Source: Anaeramoeba ignava BMAN
Lineage: Eukaryota; Protista; Anaeramoebae
Direction: 5' to 3'
NCBI GenBank assembly: GCA_028826165.1
Contig: JAPDFW010000015.1
Coordinates: forward strand, 1-64,000
DNA length: 64,000 bases
The first letter of the stretch is position 1, and each line of letters starts with the position of its first letter. Below the pieces are notes generated by a model that saw only the letters and a program-made list of their open reading frames with translations, searched no databases and had not been told where the DNA came from. The position numbers and the translations under genes were made by a program. Shown one piece after another: positions 25,713 to 39,577 of the stretch.

Positions 25713-27309
25713 ATGGTTTCAAAATTAATTTCAAGTGAAGAAATATCAACAATAATTGGAGCAAGTTTAGGATCTTTTGGGGCTTTAATGATAATAATAA
25801 TATTCATTTATTTTAAAGAATACAAAATATTTTATAGAAAATTAGTTTTTGTTTTATCAATTTATGATTTCTTTCAATCAATAACTTATTTATTACCAGG
25901 ATTTTCAAATAAAATTATTTGTGAAATTCAATTTTATTTAATTGCTATTTTTGGAACAACTCCTTTATTTTGGGCTGCAACTATTTCTGTTATTTCTTAT
26001 TTGAAAGTTGTTAAAGAATTTAATGATAAAAAATCAAATAAGATTTATAAATGGATTCATTTATTTTTATTAATTTTAATTATTATTTTGATTGTAATTG
26101 CAACTTATTTTCATGATTTTAATTCTCCAAAAACTTATTGGTATTTATTTTTAATTTAAATTCAAATTTCAAATCAAAATCAAAATCAAAATCAAAATCA
26201 AATTCAAAATCAAAATTAAAATTAAATTAAAATCAAAACAAAATTAAAAATTAAAATTAAATTCAAAATTAAATTCAAAATCAAAATCAAAATTAAATTC
26301 AAAATCAAAATCAAAATCAAATCAAAATCAAATTCAAAATCAAAATTAAAATTCAAATTCAAAAAGGTGTTCTTCAACAACTAAAATATCAGTTATCGTA
26401 AGAATCAAAATTTAAATTTAATTAAAAACAAAATCAAAATCAAAATCAAAATCAAAATCAAAATCATAATTTAAAATTAAAATCAAAATCAAAATCAAAA
26501 TCAAAATCAAAATCAAAATCAAAATCAAAATCAAAATCAAAATCAAAATCAAAATCAAAATCAAAATCAAAATCAAAATCAAAATTAAAATTAAAATTAA
26601 AATCAAAATCATAATTTAAAATCAAAATCAAAATCAAATTCAAATTCAAATTAAAATTAAATTCAAATTCAAATTAAAATCAAATTAAAATTAAATTCGA
26701 AATTGAAAATAGATCATCTTTTCATTCGTTTGGATATATGTTATTATTTGTTTAATATTTTACATTTTAACAATGATTAGATTAAGGAAACTTATCAAAT
26801 TAATTTCAAAAGGATATTCTTTATCAAAAAAACATCAAACAGACCAAATTTGGATTCAATTAAGAATGAGTTTAATTCCATTAATTGAAATTATTGTTAC
26901 AATTCCAATCACAATAAGAGTAAATATTTCATTTCAATTTTAAATTTTTTAATTTTTGAATTTTTGGATTTTATTTAAAATTAAATAGAGAATAAGAGAA
27001 ATAATTAATTCATCATTTTCTGAAATTATGGCACTTGATATTATTTCATCTTTACTTATTTGTTCACAAGGATTTTGGGATTTTTGGATTTTTATTATTT
27101 TTGATCCTGAAATTAGATCAAAATTAAAAAATTGTCGTTCTTATTCTTATTCAAAATATTATCAAGAAAATCCTTTTGGTTTGGATTTTTTTGATCCAAA
27201 AAATGATAAAGATCTTTATTCAATTAAAGATTCAGAAGAAAAAAATGTTGGAAGTGATGAAGAAAATCAAAAAAATACAAAAAAAGATGGAAAGAATATT
27301 TTTCTTTAA
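25713..27309 (+). CDS. cAMP-receptor-like 7TM GPCR, array gene 10
   Basis: ATG at 25713 by comparison with paralogs; 4 exons. Confidence 0.88.
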
Positions 27310-27386
27310 ATAAAAATATTAATAATAATAAAATTGTTATTCCTCATTTAATTTTAATTTTTAATTTAATTTTAAATTTTAAAAAG

Positions 27387-27614
27387 AGAATAAGAGAAAT
27401 AATTAATCCATCAGTTTCTGAAATACTTTCACTTGATATTTTATCATCTTTACTTCTTTGTTCACAAGGATTTTGGGATTTTTGGATTTTTATTATTTTT
27501 GATCCTGAAATTAGATCAAAATTAAAAAATTGTTCTTCTTCAAAAAAATATCAAGAAGTTGATTTAGTTGATTTTCAAAATGAAGAAGAATTAAGAATGG
27601 AAAACAATTTTTAA
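27387..27614 (+). other. Intact orphan GPCR exon 4 (TM7 + C-tail); possible alternative terminal exon or duplication relic
   Basis: AG acceptor at 27385-27386, open phase-0 frame RIREIINPSVSEILSLDILSSLLLCSQGFWDF...RMENNF*, no exons 1-3 of its own. Confidence 0.8.
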
Positions 27615-27821
27615 TTCTCTTTTTCTTTTTAAATTACTTTTTAAATTCAATCCGAAAATAAAATCTTTTATTCCCCTTTTCATTATTTTATTTTAAATTT
27701 TTTATTCTTCTTTTATTTTTTTTATCTTTTTGATCAGTTTGATCAAGAAACCATTTTTTTTTATTATTTTTTTCATTATTTTTTTTTTGGATTAATCCAA
27801 ATTTTTCAATCAAAATTAAAA

Positions 27822-28977
27822 ATGGTTTCAAATTTAATTACAAGTGAAGAGATATCAACAATAATTGGAGCAAGTTTAGGGATTTTTGGAGCTTTAATGA
27901 TAATAATAATATTCATTTATTTCAAAGCATACAAAATATTTTATCGAAAATTAGTTTTTGTTTTATCAATTTATGATTTGATTCAATCAATAAGTTATTT
28001 ATTACCAGGAAGATCAAATGAAATTATTTGCCGAGCACAATATTTTTTACTTGCCATTTTTGGATCAACTCCTCAATTTTGGGCTTCAGTTATTTCTATT
28101 ATTTGTTATTTGAAAGTTGCTAAACAATTTAATGATACAAAATTAAATAAGATTTATAAATGGATTCATTTATCAATTTTGATTCCAATGATTATTTTAG
28201 TTGCAATTTCATTTATTTCTCATGATTATAAAAAATCAAACGCTTATTGGTATTTAATTTTAATTTAAATTCAAATTTCAAATCAAAATCAAATTCAAAA
28301 TCAAAATTAAAATTTAATTCTAAAAATAATAAAAAGGTGTGCTTCAACAACTAGAATATCACTTATTGTAAGAATTATAATTCAAATTTAAATCCAAAAT
28401 TAAATAATAAATATTGATTTTTGGATTTTTCACTTTTTATTTATTTTGGAATTAGTTTGCTTATTCAATCGTTTGGATATATGTTATTACTTGTTTAATA
28501 TTTTACATTTTATCAATAAATATATTAAGGAAAATGATCAAATTAGTCTCAAGTGGATATTCTTCAACAAAAATAAGTCAAACAAATCAAATTTGGATTC
28601 AATTAAGAATGAGTTTAATTCCTTTAATTGAGATGATTATTACAATTCCATTAACAATTAAAGTAAATATTTTATTTTTATTTTAATTTTATTTTTATTT
28701 TAATTTTAATTTTAATTTTTATTTTAATTTAATTTTTATGATTAAAAAGAGAATAAGAGAAATAATTAATCCATCAGTTTCTGAAATCAATTCACTTGAT
28801 ATTATTTCATCTTTACTTTTTTCTTCACAAGGATTTTGGGATTTTTGGATTTTTATTATTTTTGATCCTGAAATTAGATCAAAATTAAAAAATTGTTCTC
28901 CTTCAAAAAAATATCAAGAAGTTGATTTAATTGATTTTCAAAATGAAGAAGAATTAAGAATGGAAAACAATTTTTAA
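27822..28977 (+). CDS. cAMP-receptor-like 7TM GPCR, array gene 11
   Basis: 4 exons with the family motifs. Confidence 0.88.
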
Positions 28978-29140
28978 TTCTCTTTTTCTTTTTAAATTAC
29001 TTTTTAAATTCAATCCGAAAATAAAATCTTTTATTCCCCTTTTCATTATTTTATTTTAAATTTTTTATTTTTCATTTTTCATTTTTCCAAATAGTTTTTT
29101 TTTTTTGCTAGTTCAAAAAAAACATCAAAAATTTTTTAAA

Positions 29141-30850
29141 ATGAGTTCAGTTGAAAAAATCCCAACGTTTATTGGAGCAGGATTAGGAACAATTGGAGCA
29201 TTAATGCTAATAATAACTTTTACTTATTTTAAAGAATATCGATATTTATATCGGAAATTAGTGTTTATTCTTTCATTTTATGACTTTTTCCAATCAGCTC
29301 TATTTTTATTGCCAGGCCATTCAAATAAATATATTTGCCGAGCACAATATTTTTTACTTGCCATTTTTGGATCAACTCCTTCTTTTTGGTCAGCAGCTAT
29401 TGCTTTAATTTCTTATTTAAAAATTGTTAAAGAATTTCCTGATCGAAAATTAAATCAAATTCAAAAATGGCTTCATTTGCTAATGTTGATAACAGTTATT
29501 GTTTTAGTTTCTGTTTTTTCTTATACTCATGATTATAGTACATCAGATACTTATTGGTAAATAAAATAAACAATTGATTTTCTTTATAAAATTTTTCTCA
29601 ATCCAAAATTAAAATTAAAAAATTAAAAATAAAATCAAAATTAAAAATAAAATCAAAAATAATTAAAATTAAAATCAAAATAATTAAAATCAAAATTAAA
29701 ATCAAAATTAAAAAGGTGTTTTTCTTCAACTGAATTGGTTCTTATTGTAAGATTTAAACAAAAAAAAAACTGTCATTTTAATTAATTTATTTTGATTAAT
29801 TTATTTTGATTAATTTATTTTGATTAATTTATTTTAATTAATTTATTTTGATTAATTTATTTAGATTAATTTATTTAGATTAATTTATTTAGATTAATTT
29901 ATTTTGATTTATTTATTTTGGATTAATTTATTTGGATTAATTTATTTTGAATTAATTTATTTAGATTAATTTATTTAGATTAATTTATTTTGATTTATTT
30001 TTATTAATTTATTTTAATTAATTTATTTTGATTAATTTATTTTGATTAATTAATTTTTATTAATTTATTTTAATTAATTTATTTAGATTAATTAATTTTT
30101 ATTAATTTATTTTGATTAATTTATTTTGATTATTTTAGATTAATTTATTTTTTATTAACTTATTTTGATTAATTTATTTTTATTAATTTATTTTGATTAA
30201 TTTATTTTGATTATTTTAGACTCTCTTTTCTTTTATTTGGATTTATATTATTATTTGTTTAATTTGCTATATTTTAACTCTTAGTCGATTGAAAAAATTG
30301 ATCAACTTAATTTCAAAAGGATATTTTTTATCAAAAATAATTCAACCAAAACAAGTTTGGGTTCAATTAAGAATGAGCTTGATTCCTTTGATTGAAATGG
30401 TTGTTATGGCTCCTGCAACAATTAGAGTAAAAATTGAAAGAAAAAGAAAAAGAAAAAGAAAAAGAAAAAGAAAATTAATCCAATTTTTTTCTTCATTTTC
30501 ATCTAAAATTTAAAAAGAGAATAAGAGATATGATTAATCCAAATGGTTCCCAACTAGTTACTCTTGATATTATTCATTCATTACTTGTTACTTCTCAAGG
30601 TTTTTGGGATTTTTGGATTTTTGTTGTTTTTGATCCAGAAATAAGGAAAAAAATCAGAAATTTTTCATCTTATAGATCATATCAAAAAAATTTTCATGAT
30701 TTGGAATCTTTTAGTCCAAAATCTGAAAATGATCTTCTTTTATTTCCAAATCCTTTTGAAAACGAACCAAAAGAAGAAAGTGATGAAGAAAAAGAATACG
30801 ACAAATCAGAAGAAGAAGAAAAAGAGAAACAAAATCGAATTTTTCTTTGA
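29141..30850 (+). CDS. cAMP-receptor-like 7TM GPCR, array gene 12
   Basis: ATG at 29141 (MSSVEK); 4 exons; acidic C-tail. Confidence 0.88.
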
Positions 30851-31016
30851 AATGAAAACAATTTTTTTCTTTTCCAACTTTTTATTTTGGATGAAATGTT
30901 TGTTTCTCACAAAAATCCATTTATTTTTTTTTTTTGATTGGGTTTAAAAAAAATTTTTTTTTTAATTTTTAATTTCATTTTTAATTTTTTAATTTTTTAA
31001 TTTTGGAAAATCAAAA

Positions 31017-32256
31017 ATGGGTTCAAAAACAAATTTAAGTGAAGAAATTTCAGCTTTTATTGGAGCTGGTTTAGGAATGATTGGTTCCTTTTCAATTATA
31101 ATGATTTTTCTTTATTTGAAAGAATACAGAATATTTTATAGAAAATTAGTTTTTATTTTATCAATTTATGACTTACTTCAATCAATAAGTTATTTTTTAC
31201 CAGGAAATTCAGGTCAAGTTGTTTGCGAAATCCAATATTATTTAATTGTTATTTTCCCTGAAATAGTTCAATTTTGGACTGCAAATATTTCTTTGATTTC
31301 TTATTTGAAAATAGTTAAGGAATTTGATGATTCAAGACTCAATTCAATCCAAAAATGGTTTCATTTCGCAAATTTCATTCCAATTATTGCTTTGATTATA
31401 ATTAGTGTTCTTAATCGAGATTATGATAATTCAAAGACTTTTTGGTATTTTTTTTTCGAAAGGAAATTTAAAAAAAAAAAAAATTTCAAAACAAAATTTT
31501 GATTTGATTTTATTTTCTTAACTTTTTTTTTTAGGTGTGCTCCAACATCTAATGTTCTTATTATTGTAAAAAATCATTTTTTTCAATTCTCTAAAAAAAA
31601 GTTCTTATTAAAAAAATTCTCATCAAAAAAATTCTCATCAAAAAATTCTCATCAAAAAAATTTTTTCATCAAATTTAGACTTTTTATACTATTATTTGGA
31701 TTTATGCTATTTTTTGTTTAGTTTTTATATTTTAACAATTATTCGAATGAGGAAAAGTTTTAAATTAATTACAAAAGGATATACTGAAAGAAGAAAAAAT
31801 CAAATGAATCAAGTTTGGATTGAATTCAGAATGAGTTTGATTCCTTTAATCCAAATTATTGTCATTATCCCAGGAACAATTAGAGTAAAAAAAATTTAAT
31901 CCAAAAAAAGCTTAATCCAAAAAAATTCAAGTTTTTTTTTGATTTTTCAATAGAGAATAAGAGATATGGTTAATCCTTCTTATTCTAACATATTTGCTCT
32001 AGATATTATTCATTCACTTATTGCTTGTTCTCAAGGTTTTTGGGATTTTTTGATTTTTGTTGTTTTTGATCCAGATATAAAATCAAAAATAAAAATTTGT
32101 TGCTTTTCTCGTTCAAAATATGAAGGAAATGATTTTTTTGATTTGGGGAATTATCAATCAAAAAAGGAACAAGAATTCTTTTTAATTAAAAAAAGAAGTG
32201 AAAATGATGGAAATGATGATCAAGTTGTTTTTGAATCTGAGAATGAATCCAATTAA
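31017..32256 (+). CDS. cAMP-receptor-like 7TM GPCR, array gene 13 (apparent -1 indel near 31725)
   Basis: 4 exons; one T missing from a T-run in exon 3. Confidence 0.82.
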
Positions 32257-32430
32257 TGTAGAAAAAGTTGGATTATTTTTTTTTTTTAATTTAATTTAAT
32301 TTCTAAATAAATTTTTTTTTTGAATTTTTTTTCATTTTTTTTCTTTTGTTAAAAAAAATAATATAATATAATTTGATTTGGTTTGATTTGATTTAATTTA
32401 ATTGGATTGAGTTGAATTTAATTTAATTGA

Positions 32431-33610
32431 ATGAAAGAAGGAGAACAAATAGCAACAATAATAGGATCAAGTTTAGGATTAATTGGAGCATTATTAATTA
32501 TAATAATATTTCTTTATTTCAGGAAATTAAAATTATTTTATCGAAAATTAGTTTTTATTTTATCAATTTATGATTTATTTCAATCAATAAGTTATTTATT
32601 ACCAGGAAGAGCAAATGAAATTATTTGTGGAATTCAATATTATTTTATTGCTATTTTTTCAACAACTTCTCAATTTTGGTCTGCAGTTATTTCTGTTATT
32701 TCTTATTTGAAAATTACTAAAGAATTGGATGATAAAAAATTAAATAAATTTCATAAATGGATTCACTTAATAATGTTGGTTCCAATTATTGTTTTGATTC
32801 CAATTGTTTCTTATGCTCATGATTATAACAACTCAAAAACTTATTGGTATTTTTTTTATTAATCTGTTTTATTTTATTGTTTATTTTATGAATCAATTTT
32901 TGGATTGTTTTATTAGGTGCACTTCAATAACTAAAGCATTTCTTATTGTAAAAAATCAAATCTTTTTGATTCAAGCTTTTTTAAAAAACAAATTATCAAT
33001 TTCTTTATTTTATTTAGGTTGATTATTCTTTTATTTGGGCTTTTATTATCATTTGTTTGATATTTTATATTTTGACAATCATTAAATTAAGAAAAATTAT
33101 GAATTTAATATCTATTGCATATTCATCTTCAACAAGAATAAGTCAAATAAATCAAGTTTGGATTGAATTTAGAATGAGTTTTATTCCTTTAATCCAAATT
33201 ATAATTATGATTCCAGGAACAATTAGAGTAAAAAAATCAAATATACAATTTTAATTTTAATATTAATTTCAATTCAATAGAGAATAAGAGAAATGGTTAA
33301 TTCATCTTTACCTGATATTCCTTCCCTTGATATTATTCAATCATTACTTGTTACTTCTCAAGGTTTTTGGGATTTTTGGATTTTTGTTGTTTTTGATCCA
33401 GAAATAAGGAAAAAAATCAAAAATCATTGTTGTAAAAATTCAAAATATGGAAAATACAATATTTTTCAATCAAATGAAACATCAAAACAAGAGAAAGATC
33501 TTTCATTAATAGAAAACTCAAGAAACAAAGAAGATATAAAAAAATTTTCAAATGAAAGTGATTCAAGTGATTCAAGTGATTCAAGTGATTCAAATGATTC
33601 AAGTGATTAA
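32431..33610 (+). CDS. cAMP-receptor-like 7TM GPCR, array gene 14
   Basis: 4 exons with short introns; C-tail ends in (DSS)n. Confidence 0.88.
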
Positions 33611-33817
33611 ATGTAGATAGAAAACAAAAAATATTTCAAATTTTAATTTTAATTTTAATTTTAATTTTAATTTTAATTTTAATTTTAATTTTTTAAAACT
33701 ATTTTGAATGGTTTTGTTTGATTCTATTAATAAAATAATTTTTAAATCCAAATTTTTTTCATTTCATTTTTTATTTCCCTTTTAAAAATCCAAAAAAATC
33801 CAATTTAAAAAATAAAA

Positions 33818-34951
33818 ATGAAAAAAGGAGAAGAGATAGCAACAATAATAGGATCAAGTTTAGGATTAATTGGAGCATTATTAATTATAATAATATTCCT
33901 ATATTTTAAAGAAAACAAAATATTTTATAGAAAATTAGTTTTTATTTTATCAATTTATGATTTATTTCAATCATTAAGTTATTTATTACCAGGAAATTCA
34001 AATGAAAATCTTTGTAAAATTCAATATTATTTTCTTGCTATTTTTGCTTCAACTTCTCAATTTTGGTCTGCAAGTATTTCTTTAACTTCTTATTTGAAAA
34101 TTGCTAAAGAATTTGATGATAAAAAATTAAATAAAATTCAAAAATGGCTTCATTTAATAATGTTTATTCCGATTATTGTTTTAGTTATTATTGTTGGTTA
34201 TTCTCATGATTATAACAAATTCAAAAACTTATTGGTATTTTTATTTTTTTTAAATCAAATTTTAAATCAAATTTTAAAATCAAATTTTAAATCAAATTTA
34301 TTATTAATTTTAAAATCAAATTTATTAGGTGTACTTCAACAAATAGAGCTTTCTTAATTGTAAATAATTTGATTTTTTTGATTTAAATAATAATTTTAAT
34401 TTTATTTCTTCTTCTCTTTTTTTTTTTGTTAGATTCTTTATAGCTTTAATTGGACTTACATTATTATTTGTTTAATATTTTATATTTTAACAATGATTAG
34501 ATTAAGGAAAATTATTAAATTCCTTTCAAAAGAATTTTCTTCAACAGTAAAAAAAAGTCAAATGAATCAAGTTTGGATTCAAATAAGAATGAGTTTAATT
34601 CCTTTAATCCAAATTATATTATTGATTCCAGCAACAATTAGAGTACTTTAAATAAATATTCCAAAATAAATATTCAATTTGAAAATATTCTTTATTATTT
34701 AATAGAGATTAAGAAATATGATTAATTCATCTGTTCCTGATATTACTGCAGTCGATATTCTACACTCATTACTTGCTACTTCTCAAGGATTTTGGGATTT
34801 TTGGATATTTATTATTTTTGATTCAGAAATGAGGAATAAATTAAAGCATTGTTCATCTCGCAAAAATTTCAATAATTTTCAAGATTTGGATTCAATAAAT
34901 TATGAATTAATAGAAAAAAGAGATGGAAATGAAATTTCAAATTATGATTAA
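33818..34951 (+). CDS. cAMP-receptor-like 7TM GPCR, array gene 15 (apparent +1 indel near 34219)
   Basis: 4 exons; one extra base before SKTYW. Confidence 0.82.
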
Positions 34952-35113
34952 CTTAACAAAAAAAAATCATTAATTTATTTGGAATTCAAATTTGAATTCT
35001 TGAAAAATATTCTCTTTTTTATTTTCACATTATTTTTATTAAATAATTTTTGATCATTTTTTTCATTTCATTTTTTATTTCCCTTTTGAAAAAAACCAAA
35101 ATTATTTTATTAA

Positions 35114-36512
35114 ATGAAAGGAGAAGAGATAGCAACAATAATAGGATCAAGTTTAGGATTAATTGGAGCTTTATTAATTATAATAATTTTCCTTTATTTT
35201 AAAGAAAACAAAATATTTTATAGAAAATTAGTTTTTATTTTATCAATTTATGACTTCTTTCAATCAATAACTTATTTATTACCAGGAAATTCAGATCAAA
35301 ATCTTTGTAAAATTCAATATTATTTAACTGCTATTTTTGCTTCAACTTCTCAATTTTGGTCTGCAATAATTGCTTTAACTTCTTATTTGAAAGTTGTTAA
35401 AGAATTTAACGATAAAAAATTAAATAAAATTCAAAAATGGTTTCATTTAATAATGTTTATTCCGATTATTGTTTTAATTATTATTTCTGCTTATGTTCAT
35501 GATTATAATAATTCAAAAACTTATTGGTATTTTTATTTTTTTGAATTAAATTTTAAATCAAATTTTAAATCAAATTTTAAATTAAATTTTAAATTAAATT
35601 TTTAATCAATTTTTAAATCAATTTTTAAATCAATTTTTAATCAATTTTTAAATCAATTTTTAAATTAAATTTTTAAATCAAATTTTAAATCAAATTTTTA
35701 AATCAAATTTTAAATCAAATTTTAAATAAATTTTAAATCAAATTTTAAATCAATATTTAAATTAATTTTTAATCAAATTTTAATTCAAATTTAAATCAAT
35801 TTTTAAATCAATTTTTAAATCAAATTTTTAAATCAATTTTTAAATCAATTTTTAAATTAAATTTTAAATCAATTTTAAATCAAATTTATTAGGTGTACTT
35901 CAACAAATCGAGCTTTCTTAATTGTAAATAATTTGAATTTTTGATTTAAATAATAATTTTAATTTTATTTCTTCTTCTCTTTTTTGTTAGATTCTTTATG
36001 GTTTTACTTGGATTTACATTATTATTTGTTTAATATTTTATATTTTAACAATGATTAGATTAAGGAAAATTATTAAATTCCTTACAAAAGAATTTTCTTC
36101 AACAGTAAAAAAAAGTCAAATGAATCAAGTTTGGATTCAAATAAGAATGAGTTTAATTCCTTTAATCCAAATTATAATATTGATTCCAGGAACAATTAGA
36201 GTACTTTAAATAAATATTCCAAAATAAATATTCAATTTGAAAATATTCTTTATTATTTAATAGAGATTAAGAAATATAATTAATCCATCTGCTCCTGATA
36301 TTACTGCAGTCGATATTCTACACTCATTACTTGTTACTTCTCAAGGATTTTGGGATTTTTGGATATTTATTATTTTTGATTCAGAAATGAGGAATAAATT
36401 AAAAAAAATTGTTCATCTCGCAAAAAATTTTAATAAATTTCAAGATTTGGATTTAAATAACTATGAATTAATAGAAAAAAGAGATGGAATTTTAATTTCA
36501 AGTTCTGATTAA
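35114..36512 (+). CDS. cAMP-receptor-like 7TM GPCR, array gene 16 (close duplicate of gene 15)
   Basis: 4 exons, last exon 36264-36512; introns 2 and 3 nearly identical to those of gene 15. Confidence 0.87.
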
Positions 36513-36539
36513 AAAAAAAGACTGCAAAAAGCATTAATT

Positions 36540-37580
36540 TGAAATTGAATTTGAATTTGAATTGAATTGAATTTGAATTGGAATTGATTTGAATTGAATT
36601 GAATTGAATTGAATTGAATTGAATATTGAATTAAATTGAAATTGAATTGAATTGAATTGGAATTGATTTGAATTGAATTGAAATTGAATTGAATTGAATT
36701 GAAATTGAATTGAATTTGAAATTGAATTGGATTGAATTGAATTGGGTGATTTGGAAAATTTGAAATTGAATTGAATTGAATTGAATTGAAAATTGAATTT
36801 GAAATTGAATTGAATTGAATTGAATTGAAATTGAATTGAATTGAAATGGAATTGAATTGAAATTGGAATTGGAAATTGGTGAATTGAATTGGAAATTGAA
36901 ATTGAAATGGAAATTGGAATTGGAATTGGAATTGGAATTGGAATTGGTGATTGAATTGGAATTGGAATTGAATTTGAAAATGGAATTGAATTGGAATTTG
37001 AATTGGAATTGAATAGAAATTGAATTGGAATTGAATTGAATTGGAATTTTGGATTTGGAATTGAATTGATGAATTGAATCGAATTGAAATTGAAATTGAA
37101 TTGAAATGAAATTGAATTGAAGTGAATTAGGAATTGGAATTGAAATGGAAATTGAATGGTCGAAAATTGAATTTGGAAATTGAAATTGAAATTGAATTGA
37201 AATGAATTGAATGAATTGGAGTAAAATTGAAATTTGAAATTGAATTGGAATTGGAATTGAAATTGGGAATTGAATTGGAATTTGGAATTGGAATTGAAAT
37301 TGAATTGAATTGAATTGGATTTTGATTGAATTGAAATGAATTGATTTGAAATTGAATTGAAATTGAATTTGAATTGAATTGAATTGAATTGAATTGAATT
37401 GAATTGAATTGGAATTGAATTGAATTGAATTGAAATTGAATTGAATTGAATTGAATTGAATTGAAATTGAAATTGAATTGAATTGAATTGAATTGATTTG
37501 AATTGAATTTGAATTGAATTGAAATTGAATTGAATTGAATTGAATTGATTTGAATTTGAATTTGAATTGAATATTGAATT
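36540..37580. repeat. Intergenic (GAATT)n/(GGAATT)n satellite
   Basis: About 1 kb of pentamer and hexamer repeat. Confidence 0.88.
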
Positions 37581-37689
37581 GATTCTTGTTATTTTTATTA
37601 AAAATAATTTTTATTTTTGAAACATTTCATTTTTTTCATTTCAAAAAAAAAGCAAAAATAATCATAATCAAAAAAAAAAGAAAATAAAA

Positions 37690-39441
37690 ATGGTTTCAGG
37701 AGAAGAAATAGCAACAATTATAGGAGCAGGATTAGGATTAATTGGAGCTTTATTAATTATAATAATATTTCTTTATTTTAAAGAAAACAAATTATTTTAT
37801 AGAAAATTAGTTTTTATTTTATCAATTTATGATTTACTTGAATCAATAACTTATTTATTACCAGGAAATTCAGAAAAAATTCTTTGCAAAATTCAATATT
37901 ATTTAATTGCTATTTTTACAACAACTCCTCAATTTTGGTCTGCAACTATTTCTTTTATTTCTTATTTAAAAGTTGTTAAAGAATTTGATGATAAAAAATT
38001 GAATAAAATTCATAAATGGTTTCATTTAATAATGATAATTCCAATTATTGTTTTAATTATTATTGTTGGTTATTCTCATGATTATAACAAATCAAAAACT
38101 TATTGGTATTAATTTTGATTTTAATTTTAAATTTGGATTTGAATTTGATTTTGATTTTAAATTTTGATTTTAATTTTGATTTTGATTTTGGTTTTAATTT
38201 TGGTTTTGATTTTGATTTTAAATTTTGATTTTGATTTTAATTTTAATTTTGATTTTGATTTTAATTTAGGTGTACTTCAACAAATGAAGCTTTTATTATT
38301 GTATAAAAATTTTTTAATTGCAATGAATTGATAAAAATTGATTCAAAAATTTATATTGGTTTTATTTCTTTTTTTTATAGTTTCTTTATGCTTTTAATTG
38401 GACTTATGTTATTATTTGTTTAATATTTTATATTTTAACAATTATTAGATTAAGGAAAAATTATTAAATTCATTTCAAAAGAATTTTCTTCAACAACAAG
38501 AATAAATCAAATGAATCAAATTTGGATTCAAATTAGAATGAGTTTAATTCCTTTAATTGAAATTTTAATAGCAATTCCACCAACAATTAGAGTATATTAA
38601 ATATAAAATATTCCAAATAAACATTTCAAAAATAAATATTCAAATATAAATATTTCAAAATATAAATATCCAAAATATAAATATTAAATATTCAAAATAT
38701 AAATATTCAAAATATAAATATTAAATATTAAATATAAATATTTAAATATAAATATTCAAATATTCAAAATATAAATATTCAAAATATAAATATCTAAATA
38801 TAAATATTAAATATCTAAATATTAAATATTAAATATAAATATTCAAAATATAAATAAATATTCAAATATAAATATTAAAATATAAATATTAAATATTCAA
38901 AATATAAAATTAAATATTCAAAAAATATAAATATTCAAAATATAAATAATAAATATTCAAAATATAAATATTAAATATAAATATTAAATATTCAAATATA
39001 AATATTAAATATAAATATTAAATATAAATATTAAATATTCAAAATATAAATATTCAAAATATAAATATTCAAAATATAAATATTCAAATATAAATATAAA
39101 TATTCAAAATATAAATATTCAAAATATAAACATTCAAATATAAATATTCAAAATATAAATATAAATATTCAATAATAAATAAATATTAGAGATTAAGAGA
39201 AATAATTAAACCTTCGGCTTCTGATATTCCTACTCTTGATTTTGTTCATTCATTACTTGCTTCTTCTCAAGGTTTTTGGGATTTTTGGATATTTATTGTT
39301 TTTGATCCAGAAATGAGAAAAAAAACAAAAAATTGTTTTTGTTGTTCAACTTCAACAAAATTAAACAAATTTCAAGATTTAGAACCAATTAATATTAATG
39401 ATCAATTAATAAAAAAAAAAGAAATCTTTAATTCCGATTAA
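37690..39441 (+). CDS. cAMP-receptor-like 7TM GPCR, array gene 17 (apparent +1 A near 38460)
   Basis: 4 exons, last exon 39190-39441. Confidence 0.83.
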
Positions 39442-39577
39442 ACTTTATTTGTTTTGATTTAAATAAAATCAATTTAGAAATTAAAAATAATTTTTATTTT
39501 TGAAACATTTCATTTTTTTCATTTCAAAAAAAAAAAAGCAAAAATAATTCTAATCAAAAAAAAAAAAGAAAATAAAA

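Noticed and set aside
36540-37580. Possible telomeric or centromeric repeat
   Set aside because: Internal location, no G3-4 telomere-type unit, and the same pentamer also fills an intron at 55215-56300.
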